NCBI RefSeq assembly: GCF_009914755.1
Contig: NC_060944.1
Length of the DNA: 64,000 nucleotides
Origin: the human T2T-CHM13v2.0 reference genome, Homo sapiens
Reading direction: 5' to 3' (one strand)
Shown here: in pieces, positions 16,286 to 28,810 of the stretch
Layout of the letters: each line of letters opens with the position of its first letter
Position numbering within the stretch: position 1 is the first letter of the stretch
Notes under the pieces: generated by a model
Database searches by the model: none
What the model was told of the DNA's origin: nothing
What the model saw: the letters and a program-made list of their open reading frames with translations, nothing else
Position numbers and translations under genes: made by a program

Positions 16286-16661
16286 TCTTCTACTACAAAT
16301 CCAGGGAGTTCACATAAAACACCTGGCTTGTCCAAAAGTCCCGACCACACTGGGCCCTTATTTTTGCAAGGCAGCAATGGATTGATGCTGAGTTGCATCT
16401 CGGGGACTCTCCACTTCACCACAGTCTCCACCATTCCCTACTGCATCCCACCTGACTGCCTTCAATCATCTGTGTGTCTTGCTTGGGTGTTCGTAGCCTC
16501 TGAACTCACTACACAACAGAAGGACTCAGGGAACCTTTGAAGTTGGATTTCTGCTGTTAGCCACCTTTGTACTGTTCTCATTTTGCATAGTGGAAATGTG
16601 TATTTAGAGGAGGGATGTGGCTTCAGGCATGATTAAGAGCATGATTAAGTTGGTCCACCTG

Positions 16662-16805
16662 GGCCGGGCGCGGTGGCTCAGGCCTGCAATTCCAATGCTT
16701 TGGAAGGCTAAGGTGGGAGGAATGCCTGAGGCCAGGAGTTCAAGACCAGCCTGGGTGACAGAGCGAGACCCTGCCTCTAAAAAAGAAAAAAGAAAGAAAG
16801 AAAAA
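16662..16805 (+). mobile_element. Alu monomer (FLAM-like)
   Basis: Single left arm with A tail. Confidence 0.85.
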
Positions 16806-17099
16806 GAGCATGGAGCTAGAAGCTAGAGAGGCTTGAGCAACCTGTGAAGAGCGACTTCCCCGCTCAGTGCCTCAGTTTCCTCCTCTGCCACATGGGGATA
16901 ATAAGAGCTGTCACACATCATGTTAGTTGCAGAGATTTGTGCCATTCTGCAAAATTCTTAGCCCGGGGCCCAGTGCAGTGTCGGTGCCAGGGAAACAGTG
17001 GTGATGACAAAACCCTCCCTTTACATCTACGGCTTTTAGTTCTCAGGCTTCTAAGGGAGGAAAGAAAAAGGAAGAAACGAAGGGAGGAGGGGTGCAGAG

Positions 17100-17230
17100 C
17101 GGAGCATTTGCTTTTACCTTTGATCTCCTTTTGCCAAAAAGGAGGGGAGAAAGTAAATAAACAGGCCTGGCCTCCTTTGATTCCAGCGCCTGCCCGGCAC
17201 AGAGCTCCAGAGCTGATAAGAACCAGCCAA
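17100..17230. promoter_or_regulatory. Candidate TCF/LEF-FOX-GATA enhancer
   Basis: CCTTTGATC 17117-17125, GTAAATAAACA 17153-17163, CCTTTGATT 17174-17182, TGATAAG 17214-17220. Confidence 0.45.
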
Positions 17231-18879
17231 GTTCTAACTGGGCAACTCCACCCTCCTGACCAGGCCTTCCCTTGGCATTTGGAATCCAGGACGCCAAAGC
17301 CCTCCCCTGCACCCTACTGTCAGCATGCACCGTTAATGCCCTTCTCGCCTTCCCAACCATGGGAGAAAAGATGGAGAGAACTTCCCCACTGTGGAACCCC
17401 ACACAAAACAATTGGGCGGGTTTGGAGACAAGAAAAGGGTCTTAGAAAGCGGCTTCCGAATACATTAGAAACCCAGTCCCCCATCCCAGGAAGAAGCCCC
17501 CACACTGGGGACTTGCAGGAAAACAAAATGCTCAGGGATTTGTCTTGGCAATGAATTAAGCAGAAGGCTGGTGAAGTTCTCGGCGCAGAGCAGAACCACC
17601 CCTCCCACTCCCCAGTGGTTGGTGGAGAGAAGCCGTGTGGCACAGTGGGTAATGGTATAGCTTTGAACCCATTCGTTTATGGTTGTGTGACTTTGGGCAA
17701 GTGACTCGGCCCTGTCGAACTTCAGTTTCTCATCAGCCCTGGCACTGGGCTCATGGGATTGTTAAAGGTTAACTGAGGTTGTGCCCATCGGGTGCCTGGC
17801 GCATACATAGCAGGTGCTTGTGCTTGGACACTGTGATTATAAAATGGCTTAGGGAGTCCCAGGATGGCCTCAGGAGGAGAGACAAAAAAAAAAAAAATGC
17901 TCAGGCCTCATGTCCGGAAAGATGAAAGAGGATCAGTTTGAAATCTCTAAAGGCACCAAGGGCCATGCAGTGGCCAAGGTCAGGCACCGGGTCTGCTTGA
18001 AGTTGACAGGAGGTAAATTCAGGACAAAGTTTAGCATACACAGAAGACATTCCTTCCACATTCCCCCCAGGTAGGCCCTAGCTGATGGCTCTAAGAGCTT
18101 CCCCAGGACCTCTGCTAAATAGCTCAGAGCTAAGGCAGAGGGTCTGGGAGAAGAGGCAGAGGTGAGGGGTCCCTCCCACCCCTGCCTCCTCCTGGCTGTG
18201 TGACCTGTGTGCCTGGCCTCAGTTTCTCCACCTGTAAAATGAGGCCATAATAACACCAACCCTGTAGGTTTTGAGGATAGAACACATGGCATTCTGCTGG
18301 TGCTCAATGAATGAACAAAAGTCACAAACCACAGCTACTTCCAGGATGAGGCTGTGGAAGCGGTTGTCAGCAGGGAAAGAACTGACTGTTCTTGACTCCT
18401 TTCTTAGGAAGTCCAGGCTCAATTCCACATCCACGCCCCGTCCACCTACCCTGGAGGCAGGGCCTCGCTCTGCTTCGCACATTCGCAAGTCCCCAGGGCC
18501 TGGCATAGAGCAAGTATTTGTTCAATGAATGCATGAGCCTGGATACTCTGTGGAGTCAACCTCCACTGAGAGCAAAGGGAGGCCCAGAGAGGCCAGGTAA
18601 CTTGCCCGAGGCCTCACAGCCCCCTGCCTGCCTGAAGGCAGAGCTGGAACTGGGGCTGAGCTGAGCCTGGTCTGCACCCCTACTTGCTCTGGGCCTTCCC
18701 CTCGGGGAAGCCTGCTGTCCCCCACCTGAACACACCCTGCCCAGGCTTCCCCCACCCAGCAGAGCAGGCACAAGGAGCTCCTCAGGTGGAAGGAGCTCCT
18801 CCTTCCACGAGTGTTCCAGACGCTCACTGACCTCTGCAGGGACTGGCCTTCCCCTCTCTCCCTGGTAGGCTGAAGGCCA

Positions 18880-19085
18880 CCAGCTTGCCACCTGCAGGCC
18901 TCGTCTGGCTTCAGACGAGTTCCGTTATGACCTGCACTGTGTGGTTTTGTATAACCTGCACTGCATGGGTTTCCTTCATCATTTTGAATCATTTGCCAAC
19001 ATTTAAAAATTGGCGATTTCGTATAAAACCCAGAATTTCCAGCTTCTTTCGGAAAGTCGGCCTCTCTGGCCACCAGGCCTGCTTT
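18880..19085 (+). mobile_element. hAT-Charlie DNA transposon fragment (MER102/Charlie4-like)
   Basis: atttgccaacatttaaaaattggcgatttcgtataaaacccagaatttccagcttct. Confidence 0.65.
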
Positions 19086-19330
19086 TTTCTGGCTCTGGTC
19101 AGCAGGAGCTTCGTCCTAGGCCTCTTCACTCCCCTCGCTCTGACCTGGTGGTCCTCACTCAACCCTGGGCCTACTCTCCCAGGCTTGCAGCCTCCTTACA
19201 TAAAGGCCCAGGCCTGCCCGGAGACCAGGCCACTCGCTCCCCCGCCACCGTGCGGTGCCTCCTCCGTTCACCCTCAGCCCGGGCACTCCCAGGGAAAGCC
19301 AAAAAGGCAGGATTGGAGCCAAACTCTAGG

Positions 19331-19782
19331 TGTCCAGTAGACAGAATAATGACCCCCCAAAGGTGCCCACCTCCTAATCCCCAGAGCCTGTGAACATGTG
19401 ACCTTACATGGCAAAGGGACTTTGTAGGTGTGATTCAATTCAGGGTCTTGAGATGGGAAGATGAGCCTGGCTTATCCAGTGGACCCAAGGCAGTCACCAG
19501 GGGCCTTATGAGAGGGAGGCGGGAGGGTCAGGCCCAGAGGGCCCACTTCGACTCCAGTGGGAGCAGAGGTGGGAGCGGTGCAAGCCAGTGAGTGCCATTG
19601 GCCTCAAGACAAGGCATGGATTCTCCCCTGAAGCCTCCAGAAGGAACTCCATACTGCCTGCACCTTGATTTTCCCCTCGTAAGACCCACTTTGGCTTTCT
19701 GACTTTCAGAACAGTAAGGTCATGAAAGTGTGTCATTTTCAGTTTGGTGTAATCTGTTACAGCAGCAATAGGAAACATCCCA
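19331..19782 (+). mobile_element. MaLR solo LTR (MLT1C/D-like)
   Basis: cagaataatgaccccccaaagg...ggcaaagggactttgtaggtgtgatt...gcctccagaaggaac...gttacagcagcaataggaaac. Confidence 0.85.
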
Positions 19783-20218
19783 GGGTTTGAACCCAGGCTT
19801 GGCCACTCCCTGGCTATATGCCCTGGGGCAGGTGACATAGTACTGAGCCTGGGTTTTCCCGTCTGAAAAGGGGGTGAGCAGAGACTTCTGTTAGGTGGGG
19901 GCTGTGTGTGGGGGTGAAGTCGATGGCACAGGTAAGGTGTGGGGCAGAGCCCTGACAGCTCACGCGCTAGACGCCACCATGGTTAGCATCGCCCTCTTAC
20001 TTCCTCTCACTTCTCTCACTGTCACTGAAACCAACTCAGAGCAGGCTTTTGAATCTGCCCACTGCTGCCCAAGATAAAGACGAAACTTCCTACTTAGGAT
20101 CCTACACAATCTGCCTTCCCTAATAATAATAACAGTAATGATTAAAACAATAATGTCCACTAGCACTGATGAAGCACTTGGCAAGAGCCAGATATTAACT
20201 ACGTATTAAACTCATTTA

Positions 20219-20832
20219 GGCCAGGTGCAGTGGCTCACACTCATCCCAGTGCTTTAGGAGGCAAGGTGGGAGAATCGCTTGAGGCCAGGAGTTCAAGACC
20301 AGCCTGGGCAACATAGCAAGACCCCCAATCCCTACAAAAAATAAAAAATTTGCCATGTGTGGTGGCATGTACCTATAGTCCCAGCTACTCAGGAGGCAGA
20401 GATGGAAAGGATTGCTTGAGCCCTGGAGGTTGAGGCTGCAGTGAGCTGAGATATCACCACTGCACTCCAGCCTGGGTGACAGAGTGAGTGAGACCCAGAC
20501 TCAAAAAAACACACACAAAAAATTATTTAGGCCAGATGCAGTGGCTCTTGCCTGTAATTCCAGCACCTTGGGAGGCTGAGGTAGAAAGATCGCCTAAGGC
20601 TAGGAGTTTGAGACCTGACTGGGCAACAGAGTGAGACCTCATCTCTCCAAAAAAATTAAAAATTAGCCAGGCATGGTGGTGTGCACCTGTAGTCCCAGCT
20701 ATTCAGTGGGCTAAGGCAGGCAGATCGCTTGAGCTCAGGAGTTGGGAGGCTGCAGTGAGCTATGATCAAGCCACTGCACTCCAACCGGGGTGACAGAGTG
20801 AGACTCTGTTTCTAAAATAAATAAATAATAAC
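20219..20832 (+). mobile_element. Two tandem AluJ-like elements inside a MIR
   Basis: Alus at about 20219-20520 and 20529-20832. Confidence 0.9.
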
Positions 20833-21287
20833 TTCGAAAATTCACTTAATGCTCACGACAATCCTATCACTTGCCCTATTTTTCTGATAGGTAAACTGAG
20901 GCCCAAAAGATTAAGTCACTTGCCCAGGATCCCCTGGCAGGCTGGTAGCTAGCTGGGATTTGAACCCACGTGGTTGGGTCTTGGAGCCTGGATGCTAACC
21001 ATGGGGCCGTGCTGCCTGTATATATGAGCAGACCAGGGAATAACACTCAGGGCCCCAGGGAGTGGCCAGAGACTCAGTGATCATGGCCTCCCCTCCATAC
21101 ACTGCCTGTCCTGGGTACAATCCTGGACCCGAGAGATCTGAGGGTCGTGGCTCCTCCTGGTACACAGTTTGTACCCACAAGTGTGTTTATTTTGCAAAAC
21201 AGTTTCCAGCAGTGCCCACTCTCTGCTGGACACCTGGTTTCCAGAAAAAATGCAGACCCCTCCACTGTACTTAAGATGGTGGAGACA

Positions 21288-21577
21288 GGCCGGGTGTGGT
21301 GGCTCACACCTGTAATCCCAGCACTTTGGGAGGCCGAGGCAGGCGGATCACCTGAGGTCACGAGTTCGAGATCAGCCTGGCCAACATGGCGAAACCCTGT
21401 CTCTACTAAAAATACAAAATTAGCCGGGCGTGGCAGTGGGTGCCTGTAATCCCAGCTACTCAGGAATCACTTGCACCTGGGAGGCGGAGGTTGCAGTGAG
21501 TTGAGATCGCGCCATTGCACTCCAGCCTGGGCGACAGAGCAAGACTCTGTCTCAAAACAACAACAACAACAATAAAA
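21288..21577 (+). mobile_element. Alu (AluSx-like) with small right-arm deletion and (CAA)n tail
   Basis: Alu consensus; TSD-like aagatggtggagaca / aagattgtggaaaca. Confidence 0.95.
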
Positions 21578-21869
21578 GATTGTGGAAACAGATGAGTGCC
21601 TAGGCTGTCACAGCCCAGTGAGGGACGGCAGGGGCCTGGGGGCAGGGGGAGGTCGGGGGAAGCTCCCTGAGGCAGGGCCATCTGAGGAGAAGCCCAAGGA
21701 AGCTGACGCTGGCATCCTTGAACAGCTGAGCTGAGTGCCGCAAGGAGGATCCTCCCAGGAAGGCCCCGGTGAGAGGAAGCCCGTGTGCTTGGAGAGGTGG
21801 ATGTGGTCACAGGTGGCTGGAGTGCTGGAGAGAGTGGAAACGTCAAGAGGTCGGCCTGGGCTCGGCCAC

Positions 21870-22030
21870 TTACTGTGTGACCTTGGGCAAACTTCACCGC
21901 TTTTCTGAGCCTCAGTGTCCGCATCTGTAAAATGGGAATAGGATAGCAGGGTACCTCCTGGGGTGGTTCTGAGGATGCGACGCATCACTGCGTGTGAAGG
22001 TCAGCGCCTGGCATCGGGAAGGACTGCATT
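21870..22030 (+). mobile_element. MIR
   Basis: actgtgtgaccttgggcaaa...ctgagcctcagtgtccgcatctgtaaaatggg. Confidence 0.85.
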
Positions 22031-25000
22031 GGTGTGAGTCGGTCTTGTTGCTGTGATTATGATGAATACGAAGCATCGCGTTGTCAGCCTGCACGCCACC
22101 TCCCCTTCCAATCAGCTCCTCAGATGCAGAAGCCGTGAAGCTCCCACAAGTTCATGGGGACAACCCGTGTGAGACCAGTGAGGACCCCCTGCCTGTGGGG
22201 AGGGATGTCTTCCCAAGAAGTTTCATGTCTGCCATCCCAGACCCGGGATCCAGGCCGGCGTCTACACTCCCTGGGGTTCCCAGCTTCAGGCAGCTTAGCC
22301 CTCTGCCCGGTGTTTGCTCTCCGTGTCCCTCCTGTCCTTTTGTGTATGACACGTGTCCTTCCCCCGCTCCCTTGAGCTCCTTCCTCATCTTCACCAATAC
22401 GATTTGTCAGTCACTCTCAATGCCCAAGTTCCTCTTTTTCAAGCACGTTAACAATACGAATTGCTGAGAGTTTTTGAGCACTTGCTATGTGCCTGATACT
22501 TTCATTCATTTATTCATTCAGCAAGTAGCCTGAACACATCTTGTGTGCATTGGAGATCCTCAGAAATAACAGACAAAGGTCCTTGCACTCCCTGCTGGGC
22601 TTAACATCTTGCGGGTGGGGAGTGGAGACGATCATAAAGAAACCGGCAAAGTCTACAAACTATTCTTTGTACACATAAACTTCCTGAATCACAATAATAA
22701 CCTTATGAAAGGTTTTCCCCTATTTTTCAGGTGAGAAAAACCAAGGCTCAGAGAGAAGGACTTGCCTAAAGTCACACAGCTATGAAATGTCCGAACTGGG
22801 ATTCAAACCCACACCTGTCAGACTCCAGAGCCTGTGCTCCTTCTCTCCCCGGCAGCCTGTCTACTAAGATGTTGGCCCAGCTCCACATACAGTCATCTGC
22901 CTCGCCAGCAGCACATTTCAGAAGCTCCACAATGTCTGAGGTCGGGGGTGTCGGTGCCCAGGGGCACAGCTCACTCCCACAAGGCCCCGGGCAGGGTGAG
23001 CTCTGCCCTCCCTTCCAGCAGCCTCTGACCAGGAAGGCCAAGTACACGGTCAGTCTCTGGCCAGAGCCTGCGGGAACAGGACGTCCTGGTCCTCCTGCCC
23101 TGGTGGGGCCCAGCAAGCTATTTTTGGGCACGTTTATTGATGGGACACGGGTGCCCAGCTGGACTCCTGATTCAAGAGGAAGGCCCCAGGCTGGCCCAGG
23201 GTGGTTCTGCTTCTCCAGGCCCTTGGCTGCCTTGGGACAGCAACCATCTGCTACACCCCATGTCAAGGGTGTAGCCTGAGCTGGCTGGCTCCAGGAAGAG
23301 CAAGGGTCCCCACGAGTGTGGATAGATTTTGGGGGGGGGTCACACAGACTACAACTATTTCCCAAAATTCTGGAGCCTGATTAATTCATAGGCAGGCAGA
23401 ACACAGAATGAGTATGACAACAGGTTTTGAGGTTAGACTTGAGTTCAAACCCCCGCTGTGTCCTCTGCTAGCAAATTTACCGTGGGCAAGCCAGGCCAAC
23501 TCCTGGAAGCTCCGTTTCCCTGCCTGTGAAATAATAACAATCCTTACTCACGGGGAGGGAATGAAGCTTGAATTAGATAGCCCCCACAGCTCAAAGCCTG
23601 GCATACAGTAAGTACTCAATAATGAATAATAACTTTGCAAATAATGATTGACAGCTGACATTTATTGGGAGTTTAGCAGGTGTGAGGCAGTGGGCTAAAT
23701 TATTGACATTTTAAAAAATCTCACTTCACCCCCCCCAACGATTCCTGGGGGAAGGTGAATGATGCACTTACAGGTGCCATTATCGTTCCCTTTTACAGAT
23801 AAGAAAACAGTTCACAAAGAGGAATGATTTGCCCGATATCACCCAGCAGATGTGTGGCAGAAAAACCCGCTGGATGCGTGGCAGAAAAACCCGCCTTTGA
23901 ACTCCGGCCCTAAGAGAGGACAGGGCCAGGCTGCAGAGCTGTGCCTCACGCCCTCCTTTCCCTCCCACAAGGACTGGTTACAAAGACCCCGTCAACACCT
24001 AAGTCCACGCCGTATCGTGCACCCCTCAGTCACCCCCTGTCCCAGAAGGTAACCTCCTGGGCCTTCCTGTTGATGGAAATTCAGACACCAACATCCCTGA
24101 ATATTCCCTTGACCCTTCTTCCTGCCATTGGGGTTATTTTGTTTTCCTGGTTCATCGGCAAGAAATCTGCAAGAAACTGGCTGGGTTGGCAAAGGCTCTG
24201 GGCTAACTTGGAGGCCGCTATGCTGTGTATGCTGGGGTGGGTGCTGGGGGCCTGGCGGGCAGGGGAGGGCAGAGGCTCGCATGCCGGGGTACCTCAAGGC
24301 CCAAAGTCAATGCAGTGTTTCCTTGGTAAAGTGCCCTCCTGGCCTGCACCTGCTTACAATTCAACGCAGTGCCCTGAGGGTACATTGCAGCCTCCTTTGG
24401 CTGAAAGAAGCAGCCTTTTGTGATCTATCCTCTGCCTTTGTAGCCTTCTTTCCCACCACTGGATCCCCTCCAAAAAGAACGTGCTTTGCCCTGCTTCCAG
24501 GCCTTTGGCCCTGCTGTGCCCTCCTCCTGGACCACCTTTCCTCCATGGTTCTCTTACCACGTGCTTCTTCTCCTGGTACTTCAGGACTCCTACACTGTGA
24601 GGCCCTCCCAGAATCCCCCCAGCCCCCTACTTGGGGTTGCCACTGCGACAGAGGGACATTGCTTCCAGAACTACGTTGTACTCTAGACTACAAAGCCCAG
24701 CTGGTGAGCTGACACCTCCATGTAGGTTTCACGCAGGCCCCTAACTTCACAAAGCGGAATACTCCATTTATTTCCCTCCTGAAACCCCAGCCCTGCCCAC
24801 CTGTCTTCCCAGCTCAGGAAACAGGGCTGCCCTGTTCAGACCAGGTCCTGGTGGCCCCTTGGTTCCTGTTTCCCTCACCCCACACATCCCAAATCTTGCT
24901 GACTTGACTGCCAAATACATCCCAAATCCATGCCCTTGTTGCCACTTTCACAGCTACCACCGAGGTGCAGGCTTGCCACTGTCCTTGCCCACCTGAACCG

Positions 25001-25092
25001 TGGCAGTGAGCTCCTCCTCCCTGGTCTCCTGGCTTCCAGCTTTGCTCCACTCAATCCACACAGTCAGAGGAAATATTTCAAAAGACAAACCA

Positions 25093-25410
25093 GCTGGGCG
25101 CAGTGGCTCACGCCTAATACCAGCACTTTGGGAGGCCGAGGCGGGTGGATCACCTGAGGTCAGGAGTTCGAGACCAGCCTGGCCAACATGGCGAAACCCC
25201 ATCTCTACTAAAAATACAAATAATTAGCCAGGCTTTGTGGCTTGTGCCTATAATCCCAGCTACTCGGGAGGCTAAGGGAGGAGAATTGCTTGAACCCTGA
25301 GGCGAAGGTTGCAGTGAGCTGAGACGGCGCCATTGCAGTCCAGCCTGGGCCACAAGACTGAGGCTCCATCTCAAAAAAAAAAAAAAAAAGAAAGAAAAAA
25401 GAAAAAAAAA
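25093..25410 (+). mobile_element. Alu (AluS-like)
   Basis: Alu consensus with long A tail. Confidence 0.95.
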
Positions 25411-25810
25411 TCTGGTTTACTGCTAAATGTTTAATGACACCTTCTCAACAAGGGGGAGCCCTGATTTTTACATGTATCCATTTCGGTGGTGTAAATAGTC
25501 CCACCATGGTCCATTTGGAGCTACCAGTGTGACTTACTGAGCATGGCATTGGGAAGAACTTGTTGTACTATTTCCACCGTGGGATATGGCATATGATATG
25601 ATACAACACAACAGACGTCAATCACTTCAACAACACAGAGAACAGTGAAATGGTGAGAAAGTGGTGATCTGTGAGCAGTTGTTACCTTTGTTTTTGTTGT
25701 AACTTATTTAACTGGAAGTTCGTGCAATTTAATTCTTAGCGATGGCTGTGTGTGACAACTAGCTTGCAGAATTCGTGAGCCAGTAGGAGGTGGTGCCAGC
25801 AACCCCACTG
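25411..25810 (+). mobile_element. hAT-Blackjack DNA transposon (MER63-like)
   Basis: gctaaatgtttaa...gccctgattt...ggtgtaaatagtcccaccatgg...gctaccagtgtgac; ends cagcaaccccactg. Confidence 0.75.
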
Positions 25811-25949
25811 GTTGAAAGCGACACGAGGGCAAGGATGTTTCCACATTGTTCCCGGCCGTTTCCTGGGGCCTGGAACAGTAGAAGGAGCTCAGGGTAGGTG
25901 TTCAGGCCGCATTTGTTGACTATTTTATAGTGCACCTGTTTGCATCAGA

Positions 25950-26330
25950 GAGCACAAACTGTTTGCCTCAACTTGACTTCATGGGCTGAGTCCAGCCCAC
26001 AAGCAGGTGTCATTTGGCTCTCAGAATGTTTTGGACATTTTTACAAAATTTATTGCCAACGTTTAAAAGTCAAGGGTTTTGTTTTTTTTTTTTTATGAAA
26101 TCTCACATAAACCTAGATGTGTAGCTTCTCCTGGAAAATCAGAAGCTCTGGACCCGACTCCCTTATGACAACAGAGGCTGGAGCGGAGGGGCGCGCAGCC
26201 AGCCCCTTCAGACTGGGCATGGGCCCGCCAGTTTCCGCAGGCCCCACCCCTACCCGCAGTCTCACACCACGCCCACTTCATTCGTTCACGTAACCTGCTG
26301 GGCCTGCGGATATTTAAGTTGCAACTGCCA
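25950..26330 (+). mobile_element. hAT-Charlie DNA transposon (MER102-like)
   Basis: ttgccaacgtttaaaagtc...atctcacataaacctagat...ggctggagc...ccccttcagactgggcat...atttaagttgcaac. Confidence 0.75.
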
Positions 26331-26489
26331 TCTTCGCCTCCATCTTAGCACTTGTCACAGTGTGGGCCTGTCACAGTGTCCCTGCCAGACAGTGAGCACC
26401 TTGGGGACAGGCTCTGTGAGGGAGCCCCCCGGGGTCCCCACTCCTGGTACATAGTAGGTCCACAGGTTCTGGAACTAGATGAAATGTTT

Positions 26490-27015
26490 GTTGTCCAGTG
26501 AATGCCAGCCCCCACCCAGCTATCCGAATTGGGGCACGCACTAAACTCAAGCCCCGACCGGAATGTGACAAAGAGGTTGGCCGAGGCCAGGGTTTAAAAA
26601 TACCCCAGGGCTGGTCAGCTGCGAGGTGCTTGGAGGTGTTGAAACAACCAGGCCAACGCTGGCTGGAGGCCAGTGCACCCACTTTGCTCTGTGTGATGTG
26701 GGCTAATGGGAGGGGTCACTAGCAGGTCCTGGCGTGCGGGGGTGGGGAGTGGGAGGAGTAGGTGCAGCCCCCTCCCCCACAGCCCTGCTTGGGAAAGGTC
26801 AGAGATGTTTATAAACAGCATGGGGTGACATGACATAATTTCACATAAAGGGTTACCAGGCAGGGCATGGACACAGGGCGGCCTCCTCTGATGTTTCCAC
26901 GCCGCGGTCTCCTGGCATCAAGAAAGCCGGGATGCTGCTAGCACTGTGGTCTCCCCACGGCCTTCAGAACCATGGCCCAGCCCGCTGGAGCCAGGCTTAA
27001 AAATAACGCTCCCAG
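26490..27015. promoter_or_regulatory. Candidate enhancer (unique sequence, MEF2/FOX/E-box motifs)
   Basis: TGTTTATAAACA palindrome 26806-26817; TTAAAAATAA 26997-27006; CAGCTG; GGAATG; elevated CpG. Confidence 0.4.
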
Positions 27016-27619
27016 CACAGTCTCCTGGGGGACAGCCAGCATGGGGGCTGGACAGGGAAGGAACAAGCTCTGCTGGAGCGCCCACTGGATGCCAGGCACG
27101 TCAGAGGCATGAGCTCATGGAGCTGCACACAGGCCTTGGGAGGGAGGGACTGTCATCCAGATGGGGAAACTGAGGCTCAGGAGTGGTGCCACTGGCTCAG
27201 TGTTTCCCAGCAAGTGGCAATGCTGCCATGCCAATCCATGAGACAAGAGTGACAAGAAGGCAGGCTCTGTGTCACGCCGCTGTTCCCGAGTCCCTGGCAC
27301 AGCGTTTGGCCTTAGCAAGCCTCAGAAGGCAGCTCCCATGGAACTTGTCCAGGATCGAAACCCGCTCTCCCACCACAGCTTGTCTCCGTCAAGGGCAGCC
27401 CATCCTTCCAGATGCTCAGGGCGGATACCAGGGCATCATCCTCAACTCCTCTTTTTCTCTCACCCCCACACCTGGTGCTTGCTGCTCCATCCAAACACAG
27501 CCGCCCCTCCCTGCCCTGGCCCAGCCCCACCTCTCTCACCTGACCCCTGCAGGAGCCTCCTTCCTGGTCTCCTGCTTCCACCCTCACCCTAACAGTCTTG
27601 CCTCCATCAGTGTCCAAGG

Positions 27620-28810
27620 TAACACACTAGACTCGTATCATCCATCACCTGAATGTATTAGGATGCAACAGTGAATAGAACACACATGTCCCCGTCAGCG
27701 TGGAGCTGACATTACGGAATGGGGGAGGAAGGGGGCATCAGCCTTCACAGGTAAATTAAATAGATCATGTTTCCAATGGCAGTGAGTACTAAGGAGAAAA
27801 ATAAGCTGGGGAAGGAGGAGGGGAACATCAGAGAGGAATAAATCTAAATAGGGAGTGGGGGTGCAGGGCAGGAAAGGTCTCACTGAGCAAATATTTGAGT
27901 ACGGCTTGAAAGAGATGAGGGATTGGGCAATGGGGATTTCCAGAGGAAGGGCATTCTTGGTAGAGGAAACAGCAAGTGCAAAGGCCCGAGGCCGGACCGT
28001 GCCTGGCATGAGCGAGGATGGCAGAGAAGAGGCCAGTGTGGCTGCAGCAGAATGAGTGAGGGGCAGCGTGGGAGGAAGTGAGTTCAGAGGGGTGAAGGGC
28101 AGCGCCCATAGAACCTTGCACGTCGAAGGAAAGACTTAGCTTTCCTCTGGGGTAGGTGAGAGCCATGGAGGGTTCTGAACAGAAGAGGGCACAGTCTGAC
28201 TTCGTTTCTGAAAGAATCTCTCCAGCTGGGTGTAGAGGATGGGCTGTCAGGAGCCAGGGGGAAGGGGACAGTCAGGGTGACTGCAGTGGTTCATGCAGAA
28301 GAGAATGGTGAATGGGCCCAAGGGGTGGCTGTGGAGGTGAAGAGGCGGGGAGAACGGATCTTGGACTCCTGATCTGTTCTAAGGTGGAGCTGCTGGGGCA
28401 TATGCTGCTGGACTAGATGCGATCAATAGAAATCAAGAAGCCAAGGATGTTTGGGTTTCTGCTAACACAGGAACAGAAAACCAAACACTGCATGTTCTCA
28501 CTTATAAGTGGGAGCTGAACGATGAGAACACATGGACACAGGGAGGGGAACAACACTGGGGCCTGTTGTGGGGGTGGGGAGGGAGAGCATCATGATAAAT
28601 AGCGAATGCTTGCCGAGCTTAATAGCTAGGGGATGGGTTGATGGGTGCAGCAAACCGCGATGGCACATGTTCACCTATGTGACAAACCTGCACGGCCTGC
28701 ATATGTACCCCGGAACTTAAAATAAAATCTAAAAATAAAAGCCAAGGATGGCTCCAAGGTTCCAGATAGAGCAGCCGGAAGGATGGAGCTTCTGCCTTAC
28801 AGAGATGACC
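27620..28810 (-). mobile_element. LINE-2 fragment interrupted by L1
   Basis: gaggaaacagcaagtgcaaaggcccgagg...gagccatggagggttctgaacagaag; rejoins across the L1 TSD. Confidence 0.75.
28450..28738 (+). mobile_element. 5'-truncated L1PA-type 3' UTR insertion
   Basis: ctgcatgttctcacttataagtgggagctgaac...cacatggacacagggaggggaac...gtgacaaacctgcac...ggaacttaaaataaaa; TSD aagccaaggatg at 28438-28449 and 28739-28750. Confidence 0.9.

Noticed and set aside
16844-17554. 236-aa ORF
   Set aside because: GTG start inside a MIR, no recognisable domain or exon structure; compatible with chance in GC-rich DNA
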